Shown here: positions 28,073 to 37,124 of the stretch, piece by piece
How positions within the stretch are numbered: the first letter of the stretch is position 1
How the letters are laid out: every line of letters starts with the position of its first letter
Origin: an uncultured Acidobacteriaceae bacterium
Lineage (GTDB): Bacteria > Acidobacteriota > Terriglobia > Terriglobales > Acidobacteriaceae
Direction: 5' to 3'
DNA: 64,000 bases
NCBI GenBank assembly: GCA_963708335.1
Contig: OY970205.1
Coordinates: 1,756,676 to 1,820,675 of the forward strand
Position numbers and translations under genes: made by a program
Notes under the pieces: model-generated
What the model was told of the DNA's origin: nothing
Databases searched by the model: none
What the model saw: only the letters and a program-made list of their open reading frames with translations

Positions 28073-28951
28073 CTATCGGCGGTGGATCTCTATCGGACGT
28101 GGAAGTCCCAAGCGCGCCGCCCGTCGTTCCATTGGACTACGCACGATCAACCTGTGGGCTTCGATGCGGTTTGCGCGCTCCCAATGATGCAAATCGGGAT
28201 AAGGATGCACATAAACAGCGCGATTGGCCCAGATGCGTCGCCAAGGCGCGTTGTGAATGAACAGCACGTGAGCGCCCCAGTCAAAGCGGCACACTCCCCA
28301 ACCCCACGGACTGAAAGCCCCTGTAATGACGGCGCCGAAACCAAAACTGATCGCAGCGCCGACGACAATTCCCGGCCGAGGCGGATAGAAAACCACGAGC
28401 GGGTCGTAGACAGGCACGCAGATGAAAGTCGGATCCACCGGCTCGATCTCAATATAGGGATCGGCGGTCACGATGATTTTGTCGTTGCTGCGCAAATAGC
28501 CGTAATCCTTCGCCTTTTGACGCATGCGCTGGATTGCGTCCATCACGTCTTGTTGCTGCGTGAGAAAGGCTTCACCCAGTTCTTCCGTCCATTTCATGTC
28601 CGAAGCCATCATCTCCAGGACAGACGGAAAAGGAAGAAGCGCTTGCACGCTCGGATCCCACCAGAGGTGGTCGTCGGCGATTGCCCGGGCGAGTTCGTCG
28701 CCGGTCAGGTAGTGGTGTTCGTCGGCCCATTTGGCGGCTTCGGGAATCTGATCGGGAAAAGTTGAGGCGGCGAGAACCTGCGCTAGGAGCGAGTCGGGAT
28801 AAAGTGCGATCCGAGCCACCAATTTATCCAGTTGCTCCGGCGAGCGGTACGGTGGTTCCTGGGCCAGCACTGGGGTGGCTGACCATCCGAATAGGAGCGT
28901 CACGGCTAGAGCGGCGGCGGTGATCTTCCCATTACGTTCAGAATGTCGCAT
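28073..28951 (-). CDS. secreted DUF3300-family protein
   Basis: ATG 28951 with an AAGGAG RBS. Signal peptide. LDKLVARIALYPDSLLAQVLAASTFPDQIPEAAKW ... WDPSVQALLPFPSVLEMM ... LGEAFLTQQQDVMDAIQRMR. Confidence 0.7.
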   Translation of the reverse strand: MRHSERNGKITAAALAVTLLFGWSATPVLAQEPPYRSPEQLDKLVARIALYPDSLLAQVLAASTFPDQIPEAAKWADEHHYLTGDELARAIADDHLWWDPSVQALLPFPSVLEMMASDMKWTEELGEAFLTQQQDVMDAIQRMRQKAKDYGYLRSNDKIIVTADPYIEIEPVDPTFICVPVYDPLVVFYPPRPGIVVGAAISFGFGAVITGAFSPWGWGVCRFDWGAHVLFIHNAPWRRIWANRAVYVHPYPDLHHWERANRIEAHRLIVRSPMERRAARLGLPRPIEIHRR

Positions 28952-29410
28952 TCCCTTTCTCCTTTTGACTTGGGGTTCTACGTTAGAAACGCCTGACCTC
29001 CACGGAACGACGCCGACACGAATCGTATTGAATCGACAACGCCAGAACAATCCCGCAAGCGGATGATTGCCGATGACACCAGGATATGTAGAAATGATTC
29101 CACCGTGAGGTAGATGGAGTCCTACGATGTTAGGAGTAGAGCCAGCGACTGATCTTCCGGGCCCTGTAGATGAGTTCATGTATCCAGAACGGAAATACCT
29201 TGGCTGAGGCCGGGAGGAGGATGATCCCGTTTAGCTGGAGCAATCTTGATCTCGCGACACCACTCCAGTTTAGGTATTCTCGCGTTCTCGTTCGGAACTT
29301 GCTGTCGAAGTCTGATAAGTTTTTTCGGCACAATTGAGGCGAGAAAAAGAGTGGCTTTCTGGCTCCTGAGCGACGCCCAATGAAGCACTTAGATTCTGTC
29401 CTGCTCTTGG

Positions 29411-29456
29411 TTCGGGATCATGGGGTCGGAGAGTTCAAATCCTCTCTCCCCGACCA
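29411..29456 (+). repeat. tRNA-Pro(CGG) 3'-half fragment, direct-repeat copy 2 (att-like)
   Basis: TTCGGGATCATGGGGTCGGAGAGTTCAAATCCTCTCTCCCCGACCA. It differs from copy 1 by two substitutions and one extra A. No 5' half lies upstream. Confidence 0.7.
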
Positions 29457-29472
29457 TTTAATCCCAAGCAGC

Positions 29473-29897
29473 TCATTGAATTAGCGTCGCGCCAATTTGT
29501 CGATTTCCATAATTTGGGTACCGTTTGGGTCCAGTTAGCAAATCTTCGACCTTCTGGACCGCCTCTTTTGCTCCCGCTGGCAGCGAGTGCAAATAGATTC
29601 CTCGTGTTACTTCCGGTGAGGAGAGATTGCACCGGACCGAGCGGAGTGCCTACGTCGCGTTCGAATGGCGTAGAGAGTGCCAGCCGATGGTTCGAGTCGA
29701 TCTTCTTTCTCTTCTAATTGCCGATTCGTTTCCAGAGACACGGATGAACTACTTCTCGGTTTCACAATAAGTTCTGAGCATGTGGTCGCTCTTGCAGTTC
29801 GGTGTGATCGCCTTGCGAGGGCGCTGGCATTCAAGAATTCATGAGCAGGTATGGCAACGTAGGGAATTTGAGCAAAGCGAACGAGAAGTGCCGACAT
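29473..29897 (-). pseudogene. decayed tyrosine recombinase (phage-type integrase) remnant
   Basis: One minus-strand frame reads ...GWHSLRHSNAT*ALRSVRCNLSSPEVTRGIYLHSLPAGAKEAVQKVEDLL. This holds the H.LRH box and the Y-containing C-terminus, interrupted by an in-frame TAG. An upstream segment in another frame (ARATTCSELIVKPRSSSSVSLE) resembles the box I Arg and Lys region. The remnant ends 17 nt from the tRNA fragment. Confidence 0.5.
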
Positions 29898-30181
29898 CCG
29901 TAATTTAATTTCTACGCCGCTTTCGTGATGGAGCCCCCCAGCCTTCTTGCGGAATCCGTCTTCCTCCTTGGCGACACAACGTTTTAGCGCATCAGTCAGT
30001 TATGGCCGGAGCCGATCCGGCGGGATGATGCAACACGGTGACCCCACCTCCGAACGAAGACCCACAGTGCACCAATTTTTGCGTCAGGAGTGTACCTCCG
30101 GTAACTAGTGCGCACGGTCACTGACAGCTAGACTGCCAACAATCTATCAGTGTATTTACGTGCCGGCTTCTCGCGAGGAAC

Positions 30182-32215
30182 GTGGTGCGCGACCAGATAG
30201 AACCTAAAACAGGAAACCGATCCACGCCAACGTATGCCACCAGGGGGCTTCAGAGATTTTGGTTGCGTGCGGCGTATCCTGCTGGGTTTGCCGTTCTCTT
30301 CTTGCTGAGTCTTGCGTCGGTGCCGACCGCCTCGGCCCAGATTTCTCCCGGGCCATTGTCGCGGCCGCACCAGTCTCTCAACGGCGCCACCAACTGCGCC
30401 AGTTGCCACAAATTCGGGGGGCAGGCGGCCCTCAAGTGCCTGGCTTGCCATACCGAGATCGCAACTCGGCTCTCCACCCACAAAGGCTTGCATGCCACTT
30501 ACAACATTCCCGCCGGTTCCAGTCAGGAATGCGCGCGCTGCCACTCTGAGCATAATGGAGAGGACTTCCCGCTGATCAAGTGGGATGTCAAGACCTTCAA
30601 TCACAGGGAGACTGGGTACACCCTCGAAGGCAAGCACACCGGCTTGACGTGTAACAAGTGCCACAATGCTTCCCATATCTCTGCCGCCGACCGTCCTGCC
30701 ATCAAAATCAAGGATCTGAGCCGAACTTATCTCGGCCTCTCGACCGCATGTGGCAGCTGTCACGAGGATGCCCACAAAGGCAGGCTGGGTCCGACCTGTC
30801 AGCAGTGCCACAATTTCGAAGACTGGAAGAAAATCAGCATTGCACAGTTCGATCACTCGAAAACACGCTACCCACTCACGGGGCTGCATGCCCAGGTGCA
30901 ATGCGCCAAGTGCCACACCAACGGACCGGATGGCAAGCCGCAATACACCGGGATTCCATTCAACCAGTGCTCCGACTGCCACAAAGACCCCCATCGCGGC
31001 AGCTTCGCCGCGCAAACCTGCCAGTCTTGCCATAACACGAGCGGATGGAAAAAGGTCTCCGCTCAATCGCTGAATGAGCGCTTTGATCACTCCAAGACAA
31101 AGTTCCCCCTGGAGGGCAAGCATGCCAGCGTCGATTGCACCCAATGCCACGCTAATGGCGATTTCAAGAAGCCCCTCGTGTTCCAGAAGTGCATGGATTG
31201 CCACAAACCCGATCCTCACAGCGGCCAGTTTGCGAAGCGTCCCGACGGCGGAGAATGTGCCTCTTGCCACTCGGTGAACGGCTGGAAGCCCTCCACGTTC
31301 ACCGTGAAAGAGCATGCTCTGAGCACGTATCCATTGCAGGGCGGTCATGCGCGCCTGCAGTGCGCCCAGTGCCACATTCCCAAAGGAAAAGAGACGCTCT
31401 TCAGGATCAAGTTCGAGCGCTGCACCGACTGTCACGCCGACAAACATGCCGGGCAGTTTGCCGCGGCACCATACTTCAATGCGTGCGATCGCTGCCACAA
31501 TCTGGAGGGATACAGGCCATCCACCTTCAGCCTGGCCAAGCACAAGCAGACGCGCTTCGTGCTTACCGGCGGCCACATTGCGGTGCCATGCTCCGATTGC
31601 CACAAGGAATCGACCCAGTTCCAGCCCAAGCCGGCTGTGATCTACCACTGGGGCAATCTAAGTTGCACAAGTTGCCACAACGATCCGCACAAGGGGCAAT
31701 TCAAAGACCGCATGCCGCAAGTGCGGGCGGATGGTATGGCGGCTGGGTGTGAAGCCTGCCACACCACCAAGTCATGGAAGGAACTCTCCGGGTTTGATCA
31801 TTCCAAGACGAAGTTCGCTCTGCTTGGGGCCCACCGCGCCACGGCCTGCATCGACTGTCACAAGCCGCCCAACCTCGAGATGAAGATAACGAACGTTGAT
31901 TTCAAGGCCGCACCGACTCAGTGCGAAGACTGCCATCAGGACATTCACGGAAAGCAGTTCGCCGTAGCGGATATTACGCGATGTGCGGATTGTCACAGCC
32001 CCGCAAAGTGGAAGCCTTCCTTGTTCGATCACGACAAACGGACGACCTTCCCCTTGCGTGGAGCTCACCAGAATGTGCGCTGCACGGAGTGTCACAAGCT
32101 GACCAGGGTGGTTGCCGCCAAGTCCGTCCTGTTCTATAAACCGACGCCCAAGGATTGCGCCGCCTGCCACGGGCCGACGAATCCCCTGCCGAAAGCGAAG
32201 CCATCAGGGTTTTGA
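30182..32215 (+). CDS. secreted multihaem cytochrome c, 23 CxxCH motifs (paired-CxxCH / c3-c7-like modules)
   Basis: 677 aa, GTG start, signal-like FAVLFLLSLASVPTASAQ. I counted 23 CxxCH motifs. Recurrent unit F(D/N)H..T.(Y/F)PL.G.H....C..CH. Confidence 0.9.
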   Translation: MVRDQIEPKTGNRSTPTYATRGLQRFWLRAAYPAGFAVLFLLSLASVPTASAQISPGPLSRPHQSLNGATNCASCHKFGGQAALKCLACHTEIATRLSTHKGLHATYNIPAGSSQECARCHSEHNGEDFPLIKWDVKTFNHRETGYTLEGKHTGLTCNKCHNASHISAADRPAIKIKDLSRTYLGLSTACGSCHEDAHKGRLGPTCQQCHNFEDWKKISIAQFDHSKTRYPLTGLHAQVQCAKCHTNGPDGKPQYTGIPFNQCSDCHKDPHRGSFAAQTCQSCHNTSGWKKVSAQSLNERFDHSKTKFPLEGKHASVDCTQCHANGDFKKPLVFQKCMDCHKPDPHSGQFAKRPDGGECASCHSVNGWKPSTFTVKEHALSTYPLQGGHARLQCAQCHIPKGKETLFRIKFERCTDCHADKHAGQFAAAPYFNACDRCHNLEGYRPSTFSLAKHKQTRFVLTGGHIAVPCSDCHKESTQFQPKPAVIYHWGNLSCTSCHNDPHKGQFKDRMPQVRADGMAAGCEACHTTKSWKELSGFDHSKTKFALLGAHRATACIDCHKPPNLEMKITNVDFKAAPTQCEDCHQDIHGKQFAVADITRCADCHSPAKWKPSLFDHDKRTTFPLRGAHQNVRCTECHKLTRVVAAKSVLFYKPTPKDCAACHGPTNPLPKAKPSGF

Positions 32216-32592
32216 TGGAGGCATCGCTTTTTTCCAATCACTGCCGAATCATTGCGTGCCCTTTCGGAAAACTAAAGTACTAGAACTTCTGGATTTCGAA
32301 ACGCAGTATTCCGAAAACAGGGACAGCACGGCCTTCTGTCAGAGGTTAATTTCTCAACACGTGCTACGAAACGGAAAAAGTGCCCAGGCAACTCGTAGTT
32401 CTTACATTGGCTCTTACCAGGCAATGCGCGCGAGAGAAATCGGACGATGAACTAGTCGACGCTTAAATAGGTACATGGGTAACTTTCGACGGGGCGTCCA
32501 AGTGGTTAGCATCAATGGAAAGGCAATTGCTTTACACGTCGTACTCTTCTACCGTTTTTTTTGTTGTAGTGACCACGTAAGGGGCTGGTCAA

Positions 32593-34548
32593 ATGGGGGC
32601 ATCACGGGGCGCCTACAAATCAATTGTGGTGCTGGCCTTGGCATTTTTCGGAATGCGGGGGCTTGCGCAGGTTTCCGAGGGGACGCATAGTCCTCACGAA
32701 AACCTGAACATTCCCTGTCAGAATTGCCACACGGCGAACGCGTGGAAGCCGATTCGCGCGGTTCCTGAATTCGATCACAATCAAACGAAGTATCCGTTGC
32801 GCGGCATGCACCAAGCGGTGACGTGCGTCCAATGCCACGTCAAGCCCGTGTTCACGAACGTCGGACAGCGCTGTCAGGACTGCCACGCCGATATTCACCG
32901 GCGTCAGCTCGGGGCGAGTTGCGAACAATGCCACACCGTTCGGGGCTGGCAAGTCACGGTGCAGGCTATCCAACAGCATAACAATCGGTTTCCGCTGACG
33001 GGAGCGCACGCCGCAGTGGACTGCGACTCCTGTCATAAGGGCGCAGCCACCAGCCAGTTTCAATCGATGTCGACGGCGTGTTACTCCTGCCACGCGGCAG
33101 ATTTCAAGGGGACCTCCAACCCGAGCCACGTCTCGGGCGGGTTCTCCACGACGTGCAGCCTCTGCCACGGGACGGACACCTGGCTGAACGCGACTTTCGA
33201 CCATTCGTCGGTTGGATTTCCTCTGAGCGGGGGCCATGCCGTACCGCCGCGCATGTGCGCCGATTGCCACATCAACAATAATTACAACTTGTCCAGCACG
33301 GCTTGCGTGAGCTGCCACCTCAAGGACTATCAGGGAACCACCAATCCGAATCACGTGGCCGCTAGTTTTTCGCAGACTTGCAATCAATGCCACAACACCA
33401 CATCGTGGTCGAACGCGTCGTTTAACCACAACGCGACCAACTTTCCGCTGACGGGCATGCACACGGTGCCTCCGCGGCAGTGCATCGATTGCCACGTCAA
33501 CAATAATTACAACCTCACGAGCACAGCGTGCGTCACCTGCCATTTGAAGGATTACCAGGGAACGACGAATCCCAATCACGTGACGTCGAACTTCCCGCAA
33601 GGCTGCGATCAGTGCCACAACACGAGCTCATGGCTGAATGCGACTTTTAACCACAACAGCACCGGACTTCCGCTAACCGGCATGCACACGGTGCCGCCAC
33701 GGCAATGCACCGATTGCCACGTCAACAATAATTACAACCTCACGAGCACGGCGTGCGTCACATGCCATTTGAAGGACTATCAGGGAACGAACAATCCCAG
33801 CCACGTGGCGTCGAACTTCCCGCAGACCTGCGATCAGTGCCACAACACGAGTTCATGGCTGAATGCGACCTTCAATCACAACAGCACCGGATTTCCTCTG
33901 ACCGGCTCGCACACGGTGCCACCCCGGCAGTGCACGGATTGCCACGTCAACAACAACTACAACCTGACCAGCACAGCGTGCGTGACGTGCCACCAAAATG
34001 ATTACAACGGCACGACCAACCCCGCGCACGCGGCCGCGGGATTCCCCACGACTTGCGAATTGTGCCACGACACCACGGTCTGGACCGACTCGACCTTCAA
34101 CCACAACAACACCGCCTTCCCCCTGACCGGTTCACATTTGGTGCCTCCGCGGGTTTGCGCTGACTGTCACGTCAACAACAACTACACGACGCTGCCTACG
34201 ACTTGCATCGGCTGCCACCAGACCGACTACAACAACACCACCAACCCGGGCCACTCTGCGCAACCGCAGTTCTTCCCCACGACCTGCCAGAATTGCCACA
34301 ACACAACCGCATGGACGGGCGCGACCTTTAACCATACGCAGTACACGCAATTTCCAACCAGCCATGGCAACGCGGGTGGCGTGTGTTCGACGTGTCATAT
34401 CAACTCCAACAACTACGCGATTTTCCAGTGCACGGGCTGCCATGGCGGCAATAACGCAAACAACTTCCATCACGACAACGTTTCTGGATATGTCTACAAC
34501 AGCATCAACTGCTACCAATGCCATCAGAGCGGTCATGGCGGGGGTTAA
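32593..34548 (+). CDS. secreted multihaem cytochrome c, 25 CxxCH motifs, internally repetitive
   Basis: 651 aa, signal peptide IVVLALAFFGMRGLAQV. I counted 25 CxxCH motifs. Built from about six trihaem modules of 75-78 aa. Asn/Thr-rich. Confidence 0.9.
   Translation: MGASRGAYKSIVVLALAFFGMRGLAQVSEGTHSPHENLNIPCQNCHTANAWKPIRAVPEFDHNQTKYPLRGMHQAVTCVQCHVKPVFTNVGQRCQDCHADIHRRQLGASCEQCHTVRGWQVTVQAIQQHNNRFPLTGAHAAVDCDSCHKGAATSQFQSMSTACYSCHAADFKGTSNPSHVSGGFSTTCSLCHGTDTWLNATFDHSSVGFPLSGGHAVPPRMCADCHINNNYNLSSTACVSCHLKDYQGTTNPNHVAASFSQTCNQCHNTTSWSNASFNHNATNFPLTGMHTVPPRQCIDCHVNNNYNLTSTACVTCHLKDYQGTTNPNHVTSNFPQGCDQCHNTSSWLNATFNHNSTGLPLTGMHTVPPRQCTDCHVNNNYNLTSTACVTCHLKDYQGTNNPSHVASNFPQTCDQCHNTSSWLNATFNHNSTGFPLTGSHTVPPRQCTDCHVNNNYNLTSTACVTCHQNDYNGTTNPAHAAAGFPTTCELCHDTTVWTDSTFNHNNTAFPLTGSHLVPPRVCADCHVNNNYTTLPTTCIGCHQTDYNNTTNPGHSAQPQFFPTTCQNCHNTTAWTGATFNHTQYTQFPTSHGNAGGVCSTCHINSNNYAIFQCTGCHGGNNANNFHHDNVSGYVYNSINCYQCHQSGHGGG
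33256..34155 (+). repeat. in-frame tandem repeat, 4 x 225 bp (trihaem module)
   Basis: The first Cys codon of each module falls at 33256, 33481, 33706 and 33931 (and 34156), exactly 225 bp apart. Units 2 and 3 are roughly nine-tenths identical at the DNA level by eye. Diverged units flank the array (33022-33255, 34156-~34390). Confidence 0.85.
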
Positions 34549-34613
34549 AGTCGGGCCTTCCAGAGACGCGGGGGCGACAGCCGGTCAGGTAGACCAGCGA
34601 GAGTCAACAACAC

Positions 34614-37124
34614 ATGAAGGCAGTGCACAAACATCTTGGAATCGCGACGCTGTTGGTGTCGTGTGCCGCGGCACAGGCGGGCATCACGACATTACAGAGC
34701 GTAAATACAGTGCGCGATGGCGAGAACTTGCGCGTCGAGATTACTCTCAGCGCTCCAACCAAGCCGGCACATGACACTGCCATTCATCCCGACCGCATCC
34801 TGCTTGATCTTCCTGACACCGCCAACGATACCGGAACCAAGAACGTCGCGGTCAATGCGAACGGAGTGCGCCGCGTACGAATCGGCCGGCACAGCGACAC
34901 TCCTCTCGTCACGCGAGTGGTGATTGACCTGGATAGTCCTCATCCTTACACCGTCACCGCGGATGGGAAGCGCATTCTCGTGACTATCGCGCCCGCAGAA
35001 AATTCGCGAGCCGCACGGGGAGCGCCCGTAGCCGCCACAACGGGCGCCCTCATTGGGGTCTTCCGCAGGCGGCACGATTCCAAGCCGGTCAGCGATACAG
35101 CTACAGATATTCCACAAACCCCTGCTCCGCCGCAAGCGGTGGCTGGACCTGCATTCGAACCGCCATCGGAAACGCCGTCGACAGCGGCGGCCCCGACCCC
35201 GCCTGCTCCTGCCCTTCCCACCTTCGCGGCTGGGGCTTCGCCGGAAGTTGCCACGAAGTCGGATGCTTCCACGATCGAGATTGGGAGCAGTGCGAACTCA
35301 GGTGTAACCGCAACCGTGCCAAAGCCGGCCTCAACGTCCGCGTCGAACTCCGTAGCCACTGAGGCGGCCGCCGAGCCAGGTAGCCCCAAGAGTGAGCCGG
35401 CCGCGTCTGTGTTGTCGCTGGCGCCGTCAGCCGTGGCAACCGCATCACCCGCCCCAACGGAAACGTCGACAGTGATCGGCCGCGTCGACGATCCGAACTT
35501 GCGCACGGTCTTCAAGGTGAAATATCTGGCCGACGGCGTAGCGTATCTCGATGGCGGGAAGGCGCAGGGCCTGGCCGAAGGCATGAAGTTAGAGATCGTC
35601 GACACGAACGTACCGGCGAAGCAGGGAGACAGCGCAAACGCTGGCGACCCGCGCGTGGTCGCGGAACTGGAAGTAACCGCGGTTGCGGAGATGTCAGCTG
35701 TCACTGACATTCACGCACCCAAGCGCCAAGTCAGAGTCGGCGACCTTGCCTACCTTTCCAGCAATGATGCGGAAGCCATGGTTCAGCAACGGACGCTCAG
35801 CGCGACCCGTCAATACCCGGCGGTTATCTCCTTTACCGAAAGCGATGAACTCGATGAGGAAGCGCGTCAGGAAGTCCCGCGACCTCCGCTTCCCTCGGTC
35901 AATCGTGCGCGCGGGCGCATTGGCTTCGACACCATCGAAACCTTCAGCCACGGAACCAGCAATGTGACCAGCTCTGACGTGGGCATGGTCTTTCGCGGCG
36001 ACATCACGCGGATCGGCGGCACTTACTGGAATCTCAGCGGCTACTGGCGCGGTGAACTCACCAAAGCATCGGCGGCGTCCCAGCAGACACTGCAGAACCT
36101 GCTGAACCGCACCTATCACCTGAACCTGACGTACGACAATCCCAACTCCACGCTGGTCGCAGGATTTGGCCGTCTGTATTTGCCCTGGGCTCCGAGCCTC
36201 GACACGATTGATGGCGGGTATTTTGGCACGAGACTTTCGAAGGGTGTTGTCCTGGGAATCTTCGGGGGTTCTACGCCCGATCCTTCCTCGTGGGATTACA
36301 GTCCCAACCGAGTGATTGGGGGATCGTTCGTCAACTTCGAAGGCGGAGAGTTCAACGGATTCCATTACAGCAGCACCAGCGGAGTCGGCGTCAGCATGGT
36401 GAACTGGCAGGTCGACCGCCCATTCATCTTTTTTGAGGATTCTTTGTCCTATAAGCGCACCATCGCCCTCTACGAATCAGCGCAACTCGACAATCCGAAG
36501 GGAAATTCCGCTACTCCTTCGCCAGGCTCCGGACTCGGCCGCAACTTCCTGACCTTGCGCATCGACCCGCATCCGCGCGTGGAACTCGACTTCAACTACA
36601 ACTATTTCCGCGATATTCCTACCTTTGATCCAACTCTTATCGGAACTGGGCTGCTCGACAAATACCTGTTCCAGGGCTTCAGTGCCGGAGGACGGCTGGA
36701 CGTGTGGAAGCAGCTTTGGCTGTCCACGAACATCGGCCAAAGCAACGGAACCGGCGACTCCAAAACCAGCCTGAATCAAATGTATGGCATCACCTTTGGC
36801 CGCATTCCAAAATTGAACCTGCGCGCCGACGTCCACTACGCGAAGTTCAACAGTTCATTCGGCGACGGTTCCTATGAATCGTTCGCACTCTCCCGGCAAG
36901 TGAGCGACCGGCTTCGTGTTGAGGTCTTGCTGGGGCAGCAGAAGTTTGCTTCCGCCATCACCACGAATACGCGCAGCCGCTTCGTCACCGGCACGGTCGA
37001 GACTACACTCGGGCCCCACTACTACCTGCAAACAAATTTCACCACGAATCGCGGCGACATGAGCTACGACCAGATGATGTTCTCGATTGGCTACCGGTTC
37101 GATTCGAAGAGGAGAGGAGAATGA
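34614..37124 (+). CDS. outer-membrane protein: signal peptide + AMIN domain + Pro/Ala/Ser-rich linker + large C-terminal beta-barrel-like domain
   Basis: 836 aa. AMIN-like N-terminus (ITTLQSVNTVRDGENLRVEITLS...RILLDLPDT...VRRVRIGRH...TRVVIDLD...ILVTIAP). Low-complexity region at about residues 150-300. The C-terminal half has alternating aromatic/Gly/Asn pattern ending ...MMFSIGYRF plus 8 aa. Confidence 0.6.
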   Translation: MKAVHKHLGIATLLVSCAAAQAGITTLQSVNTVRDGENLRVEITLSAPTKPAHDTAIHPDRILLDLPDTANDTGTKNVAVNANGVRRVRIGRHSDTPLVTRVVIDLDSPHPYTVTADGKRILVTIAPAENSRAARGAPVAATTGALIGVFRRRHDSKPVSDTATDIPQTPAPPQAVAGPAFEPPSETPSTAAAPTPPAPALPTFAAGASPEVATKSDASTIEIGSSANSGVTATVPKPASTSASNSVATEAAAEPGSPKSEPAASVLSLAPSAVATASPAPTETSTVIGRVDDPNLRTVFKVKYLADGVAYLDGGKAQGLAEGMKLEIVDTNVPAKQGDSANAGDPRVVAELEVTAVAEMSAVTDIHAPKRQVRVGDLAYLSSNDAEAMVQQRTLSATRQYPAVISFTESDELDEEARQEVPRPPLPSVNRARGRIGFDTIETFSHGTSNVTSSDVGMVFRGDITRIGGTYWNLSGYWRGELTKASAASQQTLQNLLNRTYHLNLTYDNPNSTLVAGFGRLYLPWAPSLDTIDGGYFGTRLSKGVVLGIFGGSTPDPSSWDYSPNRVIGGSFVNFEGGEFNGFHYSSTSGVGVSMVNWQVDRPFIFFEDSLSYKRTIALYESAQLDNPKGNSATPSPGSGLGRNFLTLRIDPHPRVELDFNYNYFRDIPTFDPTLIGTGLLDKYLFQGFSAGGRLDVWKQLWLSTNIGQSNGTGDSKTSLNQMYGITFGRIPKLNLRADVHYAKFNSSFGDGSYESFALSRQVSDRLRVEVLLGQQKFASAITTNTRSRFVTGTVETTLGPHYYLQTNFTTNRGDMSYDQMMFSIGYRFDSKRRGE

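Noticed and set aside
27974-28765. 263-aa ORF on the plus strand
   Set aside because: Antisense to the DUF3300 gene, which has a signal peptide, an RBS and recognisable family motifs.
29607-29897. 96-aa minus-strand ORF treated as a real gene
   Set aside because: It is better explained as one frame of the decayed integrase. It is followed in another frame by the H.LRH and Tyr motifs and an internal stop.
30128-31648. 506-aa ORF on the minus strand
   Set aside because: It lies entirely antisense to the 23-CxxCH cytochrome gene. It has an Arg/Ala/Gly/Leu-rich composition with no motif, typical of a shadow ORF in GC-rich coding DNA.
32620-33618. 332-aa ORF on the minus strand (and 34132-34536)
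   Set aside because: Antisense to the 25-haem cytochrome gene. It is repetitive only because it mirrors the 225-bp repeat. No independent signal.
33256-34390. N-x-S/T density in the repetitive cytochrome as evidence of N-glycosylation
   Set aside because: No oligosaccharyltransferase or extended sequon context is visible in the window. Asn/Thr-rich composition alone explains the density. It is kept only as a remark inside the repeat finding.
34946-36365. 254-aa and 223-aa ORFs on the minus strand
   Set aside because: Antisense to the AMIN-barrel gene. The first mirrors its low-complexity Pro/Ala/Ser linker.
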